From Eledone cirrhosa (taxonomy: Eukaryota), in the NCBI GenBank assembly GCA_964016885.1, contig OZ024745.1, positions 106,516,001-106,580,000 of the forward strand: 64,000 nt of DNA, written 5' to 3'. Under the pieces are notes generated by a model that was not told where the DNA came from, did no database searches, and worked only from the letters and a program-made list of their open reading frames with translations. The translations under genes and the position numbers were made by a program. Shown piece after piece: positions 43,927-56,345 of this stretch (within the stretch, counting starts at the first letter, position 1; each line of letters starts with the position of its first letter).

Positions 43927-44303
43927 ACGGAAAAAATGAAACGAAATTTCATTTCCCACTCTTCGTACGGCTGTTACTTAAATATAAGTATGTACACGTA
44001 CATACATATATGTATACAGACGTCCAGTAGTATGTATATATATATATATACATACATGCACACATATATATATGTACGTATGGATTCACCGAACATTTAT
44101 TATAATGCTCGGTGTGTTTGTAAACAAACATCCCGTATTAAGCCGTAGTGTCCAGCAACCATCGTTGCTCGTTTGTTCAACACTAACAAAGGAACGCTGT
44201 ACAGCGTTCCTTTGTCAGTGTTGAACAAACACACCGAGCATTATAATAAATGTTCGGTGAATCCATACGTACATATATATATATATATATATATGTGTGC
44301 ATG

Positions 44304-44345
<42 letters not shown>

Positions 44346-44396
44346 CTACTGTACGTCTGTATACATATATGTATGTAAGTGTACATACTTATAGCT
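43927..44396. mobile_element. Palindromic TA-inserted element
   Basis: Inverted arms around AGGAACGC-TGTACA-GCGTTCCT (~44200); its end recurs inverted at 47160-47222. Confidence 0.65.
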
Positions 44397-44446
<50 letters not shown>

Positions 44447-45355
44447 TATATATAAGAATGCTCTGGTTACAGTAAGTACTGCGTGCAGTACGGATACCAC
44501 AAAATTTGAATTTGTAATGTTATAATGTATTTGAGTGGTCTTTTATATTTTTGAAACTGGAAGGATGAAGGACTAAATTGAACACGGCAAGACATAAACT
44601 CTGGATGTATGGAGCTGGAATATACACAGCAAAGTAGTTTGCCCAAATGCTCTAACTATTCTTCCAATATATTAGCATCAATAATTATTTGTAAATTATT
44701 GTAAATAGGATTTGAACTCAAAACAGTGAAGCACCCAGAAGTGAGGCACTAAAAACGAATCAAAGGCGACTAACGCAGCTGACAATCCTTTGCACCTAAT
44801 CCCCACTATAAAATGTATAATTTCCATTTCACCATGACCAAACAGAAAAAAAAGTGTAGTACATTGCTGTCCCTTGCGTCAAAGAATTAAAAAAATAATA
44901 ACCTAGTGATGGCCCCATTATGTACATGGGATTAACTAAAGTCAAGAGACTGACTTCATCTGTAAACATACATACAATCTAGGCGACGCCATCATTCTTT
45001 CATAATTTCTAGGTTGTCTTCTACTTTTGTTTGTTATTATTCAACTAGATTTGCTTCGTTTTGTTGTTTTTCTTTTTGTATTTCTGTTATTTTATAGGCA
45101 GCTAAAAGTTTCTGATATATTTTATTTTACCATTAGAGGCTTTATTTTTAGATTTCCAGTTAAATAGATTTTTACTTCACTCAGTGAGTGTGCTTATGTC
45201 ACGAATTGGTTCTTATAACATCCAATATCATGTAAATATGTGTGTGTGTGTGCGCGCGCGTGTGTGAGCATGTGTGTGCGCATGTGTCTGTGTGTTCCTG
45301 CATGTGTGCCTGTGCGCGTGTGTATTGTGTGTGTGTGTGTGTATATATATATATA

Positions 45356-45546
45356 ACGAAGGCGGTGTGGTAAGGAACCAGATGGACCATAACGCACCAG
45401 AGTACTAAACACTTAGGGTAGTAGAGTGGGTAATAGGAAAAAGTTTGCCCCCGACGGCAGAGCTCAAGCCGTTTCGACGGCTAATTCTGGACCAAATTAG
45501 CCGTCGAAACCGCTTGAGCTCTGCCATCGGGGTCAAACTTTTTCCT
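45356..45546. mobile_element. Family G palindrome
   Basis: Same structure and centre as 29774-29964. Confidence 0.8.
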
Positions 45547-45565
45547 GTATATTTATATATGTATA

Positions 45566-45608
<43 letters not shown>

Positions 45609-45661
45609 GTATGTATATATATATATGTATATATATATGTATATATATATATATGTATATA

Positions 45662-45738
<77 letters not shown>

Positions 45739-45822
45739 GTAAAAAGGAAAAGAAATGCTGACAGATTTTTTCCAGTGAAAAATAGTTTAATTAGGAATAA
45801 GTATAAATTAGTAATAAGTAAT

Positions 45823-45929
45823 TGTTTCTACTTTAGGCACAAGGCCAGCAATTACCCAGTGCATTACTGGTACTTTATTTTATCGACCCCGTAAGGATGA
45901 AAGGCAAAGTCAACCTCGGCGGGATTGAC
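45823..45929 (-). mobile_element. SINE family A, 5'-truncated
   Basis: 21-bp TSD TATAAATTAGTAATAAGTAAT at 45802-45822 and 45930-45950. Confidence 0.9.
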
Positions 45930-46303
45930 TATAAATTAGTAATAAGTAATGGTTAGTATTCAGTGTTAGTTTTAAGTTTTTTACCGGTTGAGCATTTCAA
46001 ATGCTTTTCAAAAATAATTTTGAGATAGAGCGTTCGTGATTTGGTTGGTTGTTGAATGTCACGTGAATAAGCACTATAATTTTGATTGGTCGGTAGAAGT
46101 CACTTGAATATTCAATAATAACAGAGGTGAAATGAAGTATAGTATTGTCATAACACCAAGATGTGTGTGAGTGTGTCCAGATTGTACGTACTGCAAGGGA
46201 ATCCATTAGGCCCTGCCGTATGGGATACTTGTGGATAGAAATGTATGTAGGATGTATGTTGATGTAGGTATGTATGTGGACGTGTGTATGTCGTGGGTTC
46301 GTC

Positions 46304-46653
46304 TTAGGGAGAAGTGTTTAGACGGAGTCCGTATTTGTTAATAAAGTGAGATTCCTTCCTGATGCGCTGGGTGTGGGTGACATTATCTTTAAATTTGTAG
46401 AGGGGAAAGATTATAAAGTTGGGATGATTTTGGGCGGCACATGTATCAATGTGTTCACTCAGCGGTATTTTTCTGTATTCCCGTATTTTGATTTGGGATC
46501 TATGGACTGTCATGCGTTGGTGGAGGCTGCTTAGTCTGGCCTATGTATTGTTCTCGACAACCTGAGCAAGTTAATATATATATTAGGTTTTCTGATGTGC
46601 ATATACATATATATATATATGTATATATATGTATATGTATATATATATACATG

Positions 46654-46684
<31 letters not shown>

Positions 46685-46685
46685 G

Positions 46686-46720
<35 letters not shown>

Positions 46721-46742
46721 TAATCTGAGTTTTTCGAATATT
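46304..46742 (-). pseudogene. PLE GIY-YIG endonuclease remnant
   Basis: [23 protein letters not shown] / RMTVHRSQIK..PLSEHIDTC..FIIFPLYK..RIRKESHFINKYGLRLN; one frameshift; TA array inside at ~46601-46717. Confidence 0.85.
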
Positions 46743-46745
46743 AAT

Positions 46746-46930
46746 AATTGTTTCTGCTTTTGACACAAGGCGAGTAATTATCCCAGTGTATTACTGGTAC
46801 TTTATTTTATCGACCCCGTAAGGATGAAAGGCAAAGTTAACCTCGGCGGAATTTGAACTCAGAACGGCAAGGGCCGTAACTCTATGCGTCAAATCATGGT
46901 GTCCGACCCTCTACCGATACTGGCAATCCA
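46746..46930 (-). mobile_element. SINE family A
   Basis: Consensus match. Confidence 0.9.
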
Positions 46931-47219
46931 AGAGCAAGAATGAAGGGTTCATTCTACTGACATGGCTATAAAATTGAGGCTTGTTTGCATAATTGCAAAC
47001 GAATCGAATTTTATTATTAATATTCGAAAAACTAGTTTCAAGCTTATTAGCTATCGTCAGCATCGTATACGTTCCTGCCAGATGGTTGAACGTCTGAAAG
47101 TATATACTTTCCTTATGCATATTAACGGCTGAGCAGCCTAATTTGCATATCAAGTGAGTTCATACATACTTACATTTAAGTAAGTGCCGTACTAAGAGTG
47201 AGAAATGAAATTTCGTTTC

Positions 47220-47262
<43 letters not shown>

Positions 47263-47263
<1 letters not shown>

Positions 47264-47353
47264 TTGCTGGTTTAGTCGCCGACGACCCGACCATGCGTCA
47301 GGTTGTACTGGGTTACATGTTACCAGTAGCACTCAAGAGTGACCCGAAATACC
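47263..47353 (+). mobile_element. Family X 3' fragment ending in (CATA)n
   Basis: Reverse complement of 55222-55310. Confidence 0.65.
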
Positions 47354-47359
47354 ATACAT

Positions 47360-47457
<98 letters not shown>

Positions 47458-47604
47458 ATAATATATTCACACCTACCCACACTATGTATTACTGAAGTGT
47501 CAGATTTCGTTCTACATTAGTTAAGTTCATGTGTGAACCTGAATAATATCTGCTTATCATAAGTATCTATACATATGCATACACACATTCACGCACACAC
47601 ACAC

Positions 47605-47649
<45 letters not shown>

Positions 47650-47651
<2 letters not shown>

Positions 47652-47840
47652 CAAAGGAAATGTGGTAAGCAACCAGATGGACCATAACGCACCAGAGTAC
47701 TCAATACTTAGGATAGTAGAGTGGGAAATAGGAAAAAGTATGACCCCGACGGCAGAGCTCAAGCCGTTTCGACGGGTATTTCTCAGTCCAGAAATAGCTG
47801 TCGAAACGGCTTGAGCTCTGCCGTCGAGGTCATACTTTTT

Positions 47841-47843
<3 letters not shown>
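47650..47843. mobile_element. Family G palindrome
   Basis: Centred on GACGGGTATTTC-TCAGTCCA-GAAATAGCTGTC. Confidence 0.8.
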
Positions 47844-47881
<38 letters not shown>

Positions 47882-47886
<5 letters not shown>

Positions 47887-48250
47887 GTTAGAAACTCAGA
47901 GTAGTCTCTTACAATTAAATAGCTCTAAGAAAAAAGCTTTTGCGAGCCGTTCAATATAATTGAATAAACAAGAGAGATGAACACTAATATAAACATACAT
48001 GTATTCGAATCGTAAGGGCCAAGTTTGCTTAGGGGGAAAAAATACTAACTACAGCAATGTGGTTTGTCAGACTTAATTTTAAACATTAAATTAAGAAAAA
48101 TAACAGACCTATATTGGGCAATCGCCTGGTAACAACTAGACAGAATCATATTGGAGTAGTTTTTTGGTTTTTTTCACCCTAGCAAACTTGGTCCTTACGA
48201 TTCGAACACATGTTTGTTTATATTGGTGTTCATCTCTCTTGTTTATTCAA
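47882..48250. mobile_element. Inverted-repeat TA-inserted element; right arm abuts an RTE fragment
   Basis: 47961-48050 is inverted at ~48155-48250; left end is related to the palindrome at 48543-48652. Confidence 0.6.
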
Positions 48251-48496
48251 AAGTGACACAGAGGAGACTGAGGTTAGCTGGACATGCTGTCCGACATCCA
48301 GAGTTGACATTGCAGTCAGTACTTCTTTGGGAGCCCCTACATGGACACACTAGAAGAGGAAGACCAAGGTTAACGTATGTTGATGCCCTAAGGTCAGACA
48401 CTGGTCTGTTGGAGACGCAGGACATGGCAGCGATAATGAGGAACAGAGACCGCTGGAGAGAACTCGTCCATGGATCTCGGGAATTTTACCCGCCTT

Positions 48497-48498
<2 letters not shown>
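48250..48498 (+). mobile_element. RTE LINE 3' fragment ending at (TA)n
   Basis: KVTQRRLRLAGHAVRHPE..VLLWEP.HG..RRGRPRLTYVDAL..R.RWR. Confidence 0.85.
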
Positions 48499-48540
<42 letters not shown>

Positions 48541-48993
48541 GAGAGTGTTATAAACTCAAAATAGTCTTTTACAATTAAATAGCTCAAAGAAGGGAACGTT
48601 TCCTAGACGTGTAATATTGAATTGTAAAAGACTATTTTGAGTTTATAACTCTATATATAATATTCCGAGTTAGACGCTGTGACACATGTGCGTTCAACAA
48701 CACACTCTCTGTCTTCTTAAGTATTTTGAAGTGAAACTTACCAATTTCTGGATACCCGCAGAAGAGCACAGGAATAGTAACTTTCACTTAATTGTTGCGA
48801 AACAAATTTATAATTTGTCCGGGTATCACGGCCATTGCAAATATAGGTTTGTTTTTATTGATTTATTATTTTAAATCGAGACAGGCAAACCGTATTATTT
48901 AAAATTAGTATTTTTCAATCTAGCTAACTTGGTCATTTGCAATACGAACACATGTATACTTGTATCAGTGTTTCTCCTTCTCATATATTCATT

Positions 48994-49035
<42 letters not shown>

Positions 49036-49055
49036 TATATATATATATATATGCA

Positions 49056-49137
<82 letters not shown>

Positions 49138-49487
49138 CATGTGTGTGTGTGTATGTGTGTGTGTGTGTGTGTATGCGCGTCTGTATGTATATGAATATAT
49201 TTCTATATGTACATGGGTGTATGTATGTGCATATATTCATGAGTGTATATATATGTAAATGCATGTATGCAGAAAAGAGCTACATGTCACGTATTCAAAC
49301 CATCTGTTCATTACTTACAGCTCAATTTGCTCATTAAGCCAATGATACACCACCACACACACTCACACACGTACTCACACACACACACAAACACACACAC
49401 ACACACTCACACACATATTGTATATATGTATGTGTGTATGTATATAATATAGATATATATATACATATATTCATATATATATATATG

Positions 49488-49520
<33 letters not shown>

Positions 49521-49581
49521 TTGTATATATATATACACAGATATATGAGTGTGTGCCTGTATGTGTGTATATATATATTTA

Positions 49582-49702
<121 letters not shown>

Positions 49703-50019
49703 ATGTATATATTTACATACAGACATACACATCTATATGTATATATATATATAGATACATATATATCTGTGTCTGTGTATGTATGTGTATGCACATATGT
49801 ATGTAATGTGTGTAGGTAGGCGTGTGTCTGTGGAATGTGTATGTGGCTAACTACGAGATATATAGATATAAATAATTAAGTGTCAAATGTAAATAGTAAA
49901 GTATGAGATAAATGTGCAAACAGCAATAAGATTAACAGTTACAACAATAAAGACAAACACTGGAAGTCAAGAAGTTGGTAATGATGATGACAATGACGTT
50001 GATGATGATGATGGTGATG

Positions 50020-50104
<85 letters not shown>

Positions 50105-50108
<4 letters not shown>

Positions 50109-50238
50109 TGTTTCTACGTTAGGCACAAGGCAGCAATTACCCAGTGCATTACTGGTACTTTATTTTATCGACCCCCGTAAGGATGAAAGGCAAAGTTAAC
50201 CTCGGCGGGATTTGAACTCAGAATAGTAATAATAATAA

Positions 50239-50280
<42 letters not shown>

Positions 50281-50765
50281 TAATAATAATAATAAAAATA
50301 ATAATAATTGTTTCTACGTTTTGGCACAAGGCCAGCAATCAACCAGTGCATTACTGGTAATAATAATAATTGTTTCTACTTTGGCACAAGGCCAACAATT
50401 ACCCAGTGCATTACTGGTACTTTATTTTATCGACCCCGTGAGGATGAAAGGCAAAGTTAATCTCGGCGGGATTTGAACTCTAATAATAATTGTTACTACT
50501 ATTGACACAAGGCCAGCAATTACCCAGTATATTACTGGTACTTTATTTTATCAACCCCGTAAGGATGAACTCTAATCATAATTGTTTCTACTTTTGGCAC
50601 AAGGCCAGCAATTACCCAGTGTATTACTGGTACTTTATTTTATCGACCCCGAAAGGATGAAAGGCAAAGTTACCTCGGCGGGATTTGAACTCAGAATGGC
50701 AAGGACCGTAACTCTATACGTCAAAGCATGGTGTCCGACCCTCTACAGATACTGCCAATCCTCCG
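50105..50765 (-). mobile_element. Stack of five SINE A copies or fragments separated by (TAA)n
   Basis: Units begin AATTGTT(T/A)CTAC at ~50105, 50306, 50368, 50488 and 50580; only the last is full length. Confidence 0.9.
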
Positions 50766-50849
50766 TCCCTGAACTCTAATAATAATAACAATTAGTTTGA
50801 AATTGTTGGATTTGTGTGTATACACATACACAGAAACACACTATATAAA

Positions 50850-51263
50850 TGTAGTGGAGTCTGTGCTGCTGTACGGGTCTGAGACTTGGACACTGACCAA
50901 GAAACTCACTCAGTTAGTGGATGGGTGCTACACGAGAATGCTGAGGATGGCTCTGAACATTAATCAGTATACACTGAGGATAAAAAACTTGGGAGCCTCC
51001 CAAAAGTCAGCTCAAAAGTGACACAGAGGAGACTGAGGTTAGCTGGACATGCTCACCGACATCCAGAGGTGTTATTGCACTTAGTGCTCCTGTGGGAGCC
51101 CCTACATGGATACACTGGAAGGGGGAGACCAAGGCTAGCGTATGTTGATGCCCTAAGGACAGACACTGGTCTGCTGGAGTCGCGGGACATGGCAGCGATA
51201 TTGAGGGACGGAAACCGCTGGAGAGAACTCGTCCATGGATCTCGGGAATTTTACCCGCCCTAG
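50850..51263 (+). mobile_element. RTE LINE 3' fragment ending at (TA)n
   Basis: VESVLLYGSETWTLTKKL..DGCYTRMLRMALNI / RRLRLAGHAHRHPE..GRGRPRL; paralog of 48250-48498. Confidence 0.9.
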
Positions 51264-51314
<51 letters not shown>

Positions 51315-51339
51315 TATACTATTTATATATATATATGTG

Positions 51340-51438
<99 letters not shown>

Positions 51439-51509
51439 ATATATATATATTTATATATATATATATATGTGTGTATATATGTGTATATATATATATTTAT
51501 ATATATATA

Positions 51510-51602
<93 letters not shown>

Positions 51603-51615
51603 GTATGTATATATG

Positions 51616-51701
<86 letters not shown>

Positions 51702-51958
51702 CGTTCCAGTTGTTATGTTTACACAGACAGATATGTGTCTATGGAGAGTGTGTGTGTGCGTGCGTGTGTGTGTATGTGTGTATGTGTATATGTATGTGTA
51801 TGCGTGTATGTGTATGCGTGCATGTGTATATGTGTATGTGTATGTGTGCATGTGTATGTGTGTATGTGTATGTGTGTATGTGCCTGGATGGAAAAAATAA
51901 GAAAACGAGGACACGAGAAAAAGATGAAAGATAATGCAGAAAAGAAGATGGCCGATGT

Positions 51959-52078
<120 letters not shown>

Positions 52079-52251
52079 GTGTGTGTGTGTGTGACTGACA
52101 TAGAAAATGACTAATGTTGAGAGATTTTAAGTGATATCAGTAAAAATAAAAGAATATAAACTTTGTAAATTCAGTGCCAAAAATTTGTAAACATAAATAC
52201 ACATGTAAATATATTCAATCACACACACATACACACACACACATACATACA

Positions 52252-52290
<39 letters not shown>

Positions 52291-52474
52291 ATATTTGGGG
52301 AGGGTCATATTTGCGTAATATTGCCAGAATTAATAACAGAACACACTCACTGTTTGGTTGGTTTTCGCTTCTCGCTGTCTTTTATATACATATATCTGCG
52401 ATCTAACTTACTCGGTCCTCAATGTTGCCATTGACTGACCGGCGGTCAAAAATAATACAGATACAATATAGACA

Positions 52475-52538
52475 AACACATATATATATAGTTTACATAA
52501 ATCTTTCGTTGCACATCTGCAACATCGTCAGTGGTGTT
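52475..52538 (-). ncRNA. Hammerhead ribozyme in the PLE 3' region; stem I interrupted by a TA run
   Basis: AACACCA-CTGACGA-T-GTTGCA-GATG-TGCAAC-GAAA-GATTTATGTAAAC-TA-(TA)4-TGTGTT. Confidence 0.65.
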
Positions 52539-52803
52539 ATATTCATTGTTCCTCCTGTTGTGTTGTATGTCTACGCCATTTTTTTTGTTCAGTCTGTCTA
52601 TATATTTATTTATTTATTTGCTTGTTTGTTTATCTTATTTTATTTTGTCTTATTTGCGCATGCGTTTGCGTGTGTGTATAGTGTTATGTGTGATGTGTGA
52701 CTAGTGTGTATAGTGTTGTGTCTGCTGGGTGACTAGTGTGTGTTTATGTGCTTGTGTATGTATTTATTTATCTTATTTTATTTAATTTAATTTACTTATT
52801 TAT

Positions 52804-54066
52804 TTATACTTCTCTTAGGTCAGTGTTGTTTGTTTGGGTGTTGTTGTTGTTCCACTCATTCTTTCTGTTTAGCTTTGGTCTTCTAATTTCTATTTCACTG
52901 GCCTCTCTGATTTGCCTATCTGCTGGGTCATTCCTATGTTTAGATATTATTCTAATTTCTATGTTGTCTATGTTACCGTCATGATGTTGTCTAGCATGTT
53001 CGTATAGTACTGACCCGTTTTTTCGTCCTTTTAGTTCCCCCCAGTGTTGGTCTATCCTTTCACCTATGCTACGAGCTGTCTCACCTATGTATGTTGTTGT
53101 CGTGTTTCTGCAAGTACCCTCTGTACATCTTATGCTATAGACTACGTTTCTAGTTTTACAGTTTATCCGGGGGTTCACCTTACATATGATACATTTCCTA
53201 TTGGTACAGTGGGTTTTCTTAAAAGGGTAGGTTTTGCTGATCAGGGATTTTATGGTGGTTCCTGGCTTTTCTACCACCTTTATTTTTAAGTGGGTCTTTC
53301 TCAGGGCCTTTCTACACTGGTTAGCTAATTTCCCTCCAGGGGTGGCGTCCACAAACATGACACTCTGATATCTCTGGTTGTCGTACCATGATGTGGCCTT
53401 CCCTATCTTATGTCTAGCCCTATCTAAGCTATTCCATGATTTGCTCCTGTATAGTGGGCAAATTCCTTTCATGTCCAGTTCTATGAGGGTCTTATACTTT
53501 TCCATGGCTCCTTCGTATACTCTGACTCTGTCTCTTTGGTTGTAGCCAGAGAACTGCATGCGGTTGATGAAGTGTTGGATGTGTCCTTCCATTTCTGTTG
53601 GGTCGCACATGCTGGACACATTCTTCATCACTCGTACCAAATCTGCGATCAGAATATTAAACTTAGCACTACTGGACATTGCTGAGTTTTTGAGTATCAG
53701 GTATTTGGAGGCCATGGGTTTAGCATAGTGTGAGTGGAGAATTTGGGCTCTCTCGTCTATAGTGTTGATCCAGAGTTCTGTGTCTAATACAGGTAGTCTA
53801 TTGTTAGGGTGTTTGGAAGGGAAGTCTATAGTTACAGTTATACTCTGGTGTATGGAATTAGCTATCTGCTGGATGCTTTCCATCGTGCTACGTTCTAAAT
53901 CAAACTTGTTAGTGCTCTCTAGTGGGGGTGTTCTTATAACTATATTGATATCGTCTACATAACGAGAGTACATGATGAGGTCTATGGAGCTTTCATTAAG
54001 GAGATCTTTAAGTCTCCTTTCCCACCATACCATGAAAAGGTTGGCAACATCGCCAGCTATGCTGGT
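52804..54066 (-). CDS. PLE reverse transcriptase (from motif B' onward), Cys-rich linker and GIY-YIG endonuclease; partial
   Basis: [21 protein letters not shown], CxxxxCxxC, VVYSIRC..YIGETAR..ERIDQH..H..H..RQIREA..LNRKNEW; ~420 codons with no stop. Confidence 0.9.
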   Translation of the reverse strand, partial: TSIAGDVANLFMVWWERRLKDLLNESSIDLIMYSRYVDDINIVIRTPPLESTNKFDLERSTMESIQQIANSIHQSITVTIDFPSKHPNNRLPVLDTELWINTIDERAQILHSHYAKPMASKYLILKNSAMSSSAKFNILIADLVRVMKNVSSMCDPTEMEGHIQHFINRMQFSGYNQRDRVRVYEGAMEKYKTLIELDMKGICPLYRSKSWNSLDRARHKIGKATSWYDNQRYQSVMFVDATPGGKLANQCRKALRKTHLKIKVVEKPGTTIKSLISKTYPFKKTHCTNRKCIICKVNPRINCKTRNVVYSIRCTEGTCRNTTTTYIGETARSIGERIDQHWGELKGRKNGSVLYEHARQHHDGNIDNIEIRIISKHRNDPADRQIREASEIEIRRPKLNRKNEWNNNNTQTNNTDLREV

Positions 54067-54070
54067 GTGT

Positions 54071-54156
<86 letters not shown>

Positions 54157-54280
54157 GTGCGTGTGTGTGTGCGTGTGTGTGTGTGTGCATGTGTATATAC
54201 ATGCATATATATATATATATGTATATATGTATATATATATATATATATATACATGTGTATATATATATATTATACATGTA

Positions 54281-54312
<32 letters not shown>

Positions 54313-54314
54313 CA

Positions 54315-54358
<44 letters not shown>

Positions 54359-54882
54359 AATTTATATCTGTGCAAATACAGAGTGTGTAACCGAGACTGC
54401 ACCAACGTGTATAAATATATACGCATGTCTCATATGTAGGCATGTAAACATGCTAGATGATACGAATTTCCTCATAAATTGAAAAGAATGATAAACAACA
54501 TTAATCGATATTTGGATCTTACAAAGCCCTCGTCAGAAGACACTTATATCATCCAATCAACCGCAGGGAATTTATATTGGATGGGTATATATTCCCGTTC
54601 GTTCTTAGTATATTCATTTCAGAATAGTACGTCAGTTATCTTATACTCACTGCCATTAAATGTACCGGTATGCAAATGAATAAAATCACCAACTGTTACA
54701 CATTACATCGGTACAAGTAATTCTAAGCAGCTCTATATCTATTCATGAAGCATGCGAGTAATCACACTTTGAAGATGTTAATAACCAGTCGAATCTTGCT
54801 GTGTTGATCTCGTAGAGAGAGACCTATGATATAATCGTGTGCATGTGACCGCATTCCCAATTTAACACACATTATTTTCGCA

Positions 54883-55066
54883 GTGGATTGGCAGTATCGG
54901 TAGAGGGTCGGACACTATGCTTTGACGCATAGATTTACGCCCCTTGCCATCTGAGTTCAAATCGCGCCAAGGTTAACTTTGCCTTTCATCCTTACGGGGT
55001 CGATAAAATAAAGTACCAGTAATGCACTGGGTAATTGCTGGCCTTGTGCCAAAAGTAGAAACAATT
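54883..55066 (+). mobile_element. SINE family A
   Basis: Consensus match. Confidence 0.9.
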
Positions 55067-55221
55067 ATTTTCTTCGAAAATAATTGTTTCAAAGTATTTA
55101 AATCACAAAGCTTACAGTCAATGTGTATGTATGTATGTATGTATGTATGTATGTATGTATGTATGTATGTATGTATGTATGTATGTATGTATGTATGTAT
55201 GTATGTATGTATGTATATATG

Positions 55222-55420
55222 TTATGTCGGGTTGCTCTCCAGTGCTACTGGTAACATGTAACCCACTACAACCTGTCTCATGGTCAGGTCGTCGGCGACT
55301 AAACCGGCAACCCCACCAAGCTTGCTTGGTGAGGAGAGTGATATTTGAACACCCTGCAGGATGAAATACAAGACCCGGTAAAGGGCGGAGGAACTCAACA
55401 GAGTCAACGAGCATCCAAAT
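55222..55420 (-). mobile_element. Family X short element with (CATA)n tail
   Basis: Matches 2650-2758 and 47263-47353; adjoins a long (TATG)n array. Confidence 0.65.
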
Positions 55421-55444
55421 AGTACTTTTCTTTTGTTTTTTCGC

Positions 55445-56142
55445 CTGGGAGTGAAAGGCACCCAGTTGTTGTCACAACACCTTTCTAAGAGAGGGAAACT
55501 ATGTTAAAAATCCTGCGGCTTCGGAAGCATCAGATGATGTTAACCAGTTCTCCTTTTCTGGTAGTGCTTTCGATTCTCAGAAAGTGGGATTGATCGAGTG
55601 CAAGGCCGTTCCCCACTTATCAATCAGCTTCAATTACATTGATCCTCAAATGGCGTTCAACGAACATGGGGGACAGTCACTTTCTCCAGACCTAGCAAGA
55701 AAACAATGTTCTTTCCACCCTTATGTGCGGCTCTGATTGCTGGAAAATGACAGAATGATCTGACCATAGTGTCAGTCTTTTACAAAAAGAATCTTCGAAG
55801 AACCCTAAGAATTCTTTGGCCAGAGAAGATCTACAATGAGGAATTGCTAAGTAGATACCAACAGAAGAATATGTCAGCAATACTTCTCAGACGAATATGG
55901 TAGTGGATAGGGCATGTTCTCAGAAGAGTGCAAGATAGCATCCCAAGAACAGCCCTTCACTGGAAACGAGATAGCAAGTGAAAACGAGGAAGGGGGAAGA
56001 ACACCTGACACAGAACAGTTGAACGAGAGACGAAAACCTGGCAAACACATGGGGTACTATCTAAAAGCTTCCCCAGAACAGACAGGCGTGTAAAATCTTC
56101 GTTGCTGGCTGCCTTACATTTCAGTGGGCATAACGGGCAATA
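55445..56142 (+). mobile_element. Internally deleted RTE LINE (family B 5' region fused to an RTE 3' end)
   Basis: Degenerate translation VLSTLMCGSDCWKMT..LRRTLRILWPEKIYNEELL..WIGHVLRR..IPRTALHW..KRGRGKNT. Confidence 0.75.
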
Positions 56143-56345
56143 GAAAGACTAACACAACACTTGCAGAACCAATAGAGTTCAGCCTAAGTTCCGCCCATAC
56201 GAATAAACAATATTACATGTATTTCAAACTTTTTCTCTTGTGGGTGTGTCAGTGTACTGAGAGAGAAGGATGTGATATATTTACATTGGTGGCAGATAGA
56301 TAGATAATAGATAGAAAGATAGATATATAGATAGATAGACAGATA

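Larger units (their letters stand above)
52287..54066 (-). mobile_element. 5'-truncated Penelope-like retroelement
   Basis: RT+GIY-YIG ORF, then a 3' UTR containing an HHR; bounded by (TA)n and (TG)n arrays. Confidence 0.9.

Noticed and set aside
54067-54426. N-terminal extension of the 540-aa PLE ORF to a start at 54426
   Set aside because: It runs through (CA)n/(TA)n; this is chance read-through beyond the element's truncation point
54495-54540. Minus-strand CTGACGA-GGGCTT..AAGATCC-AAA-TATCGAT-TA
   Set aside because: GAAA is broken and there is no stem I
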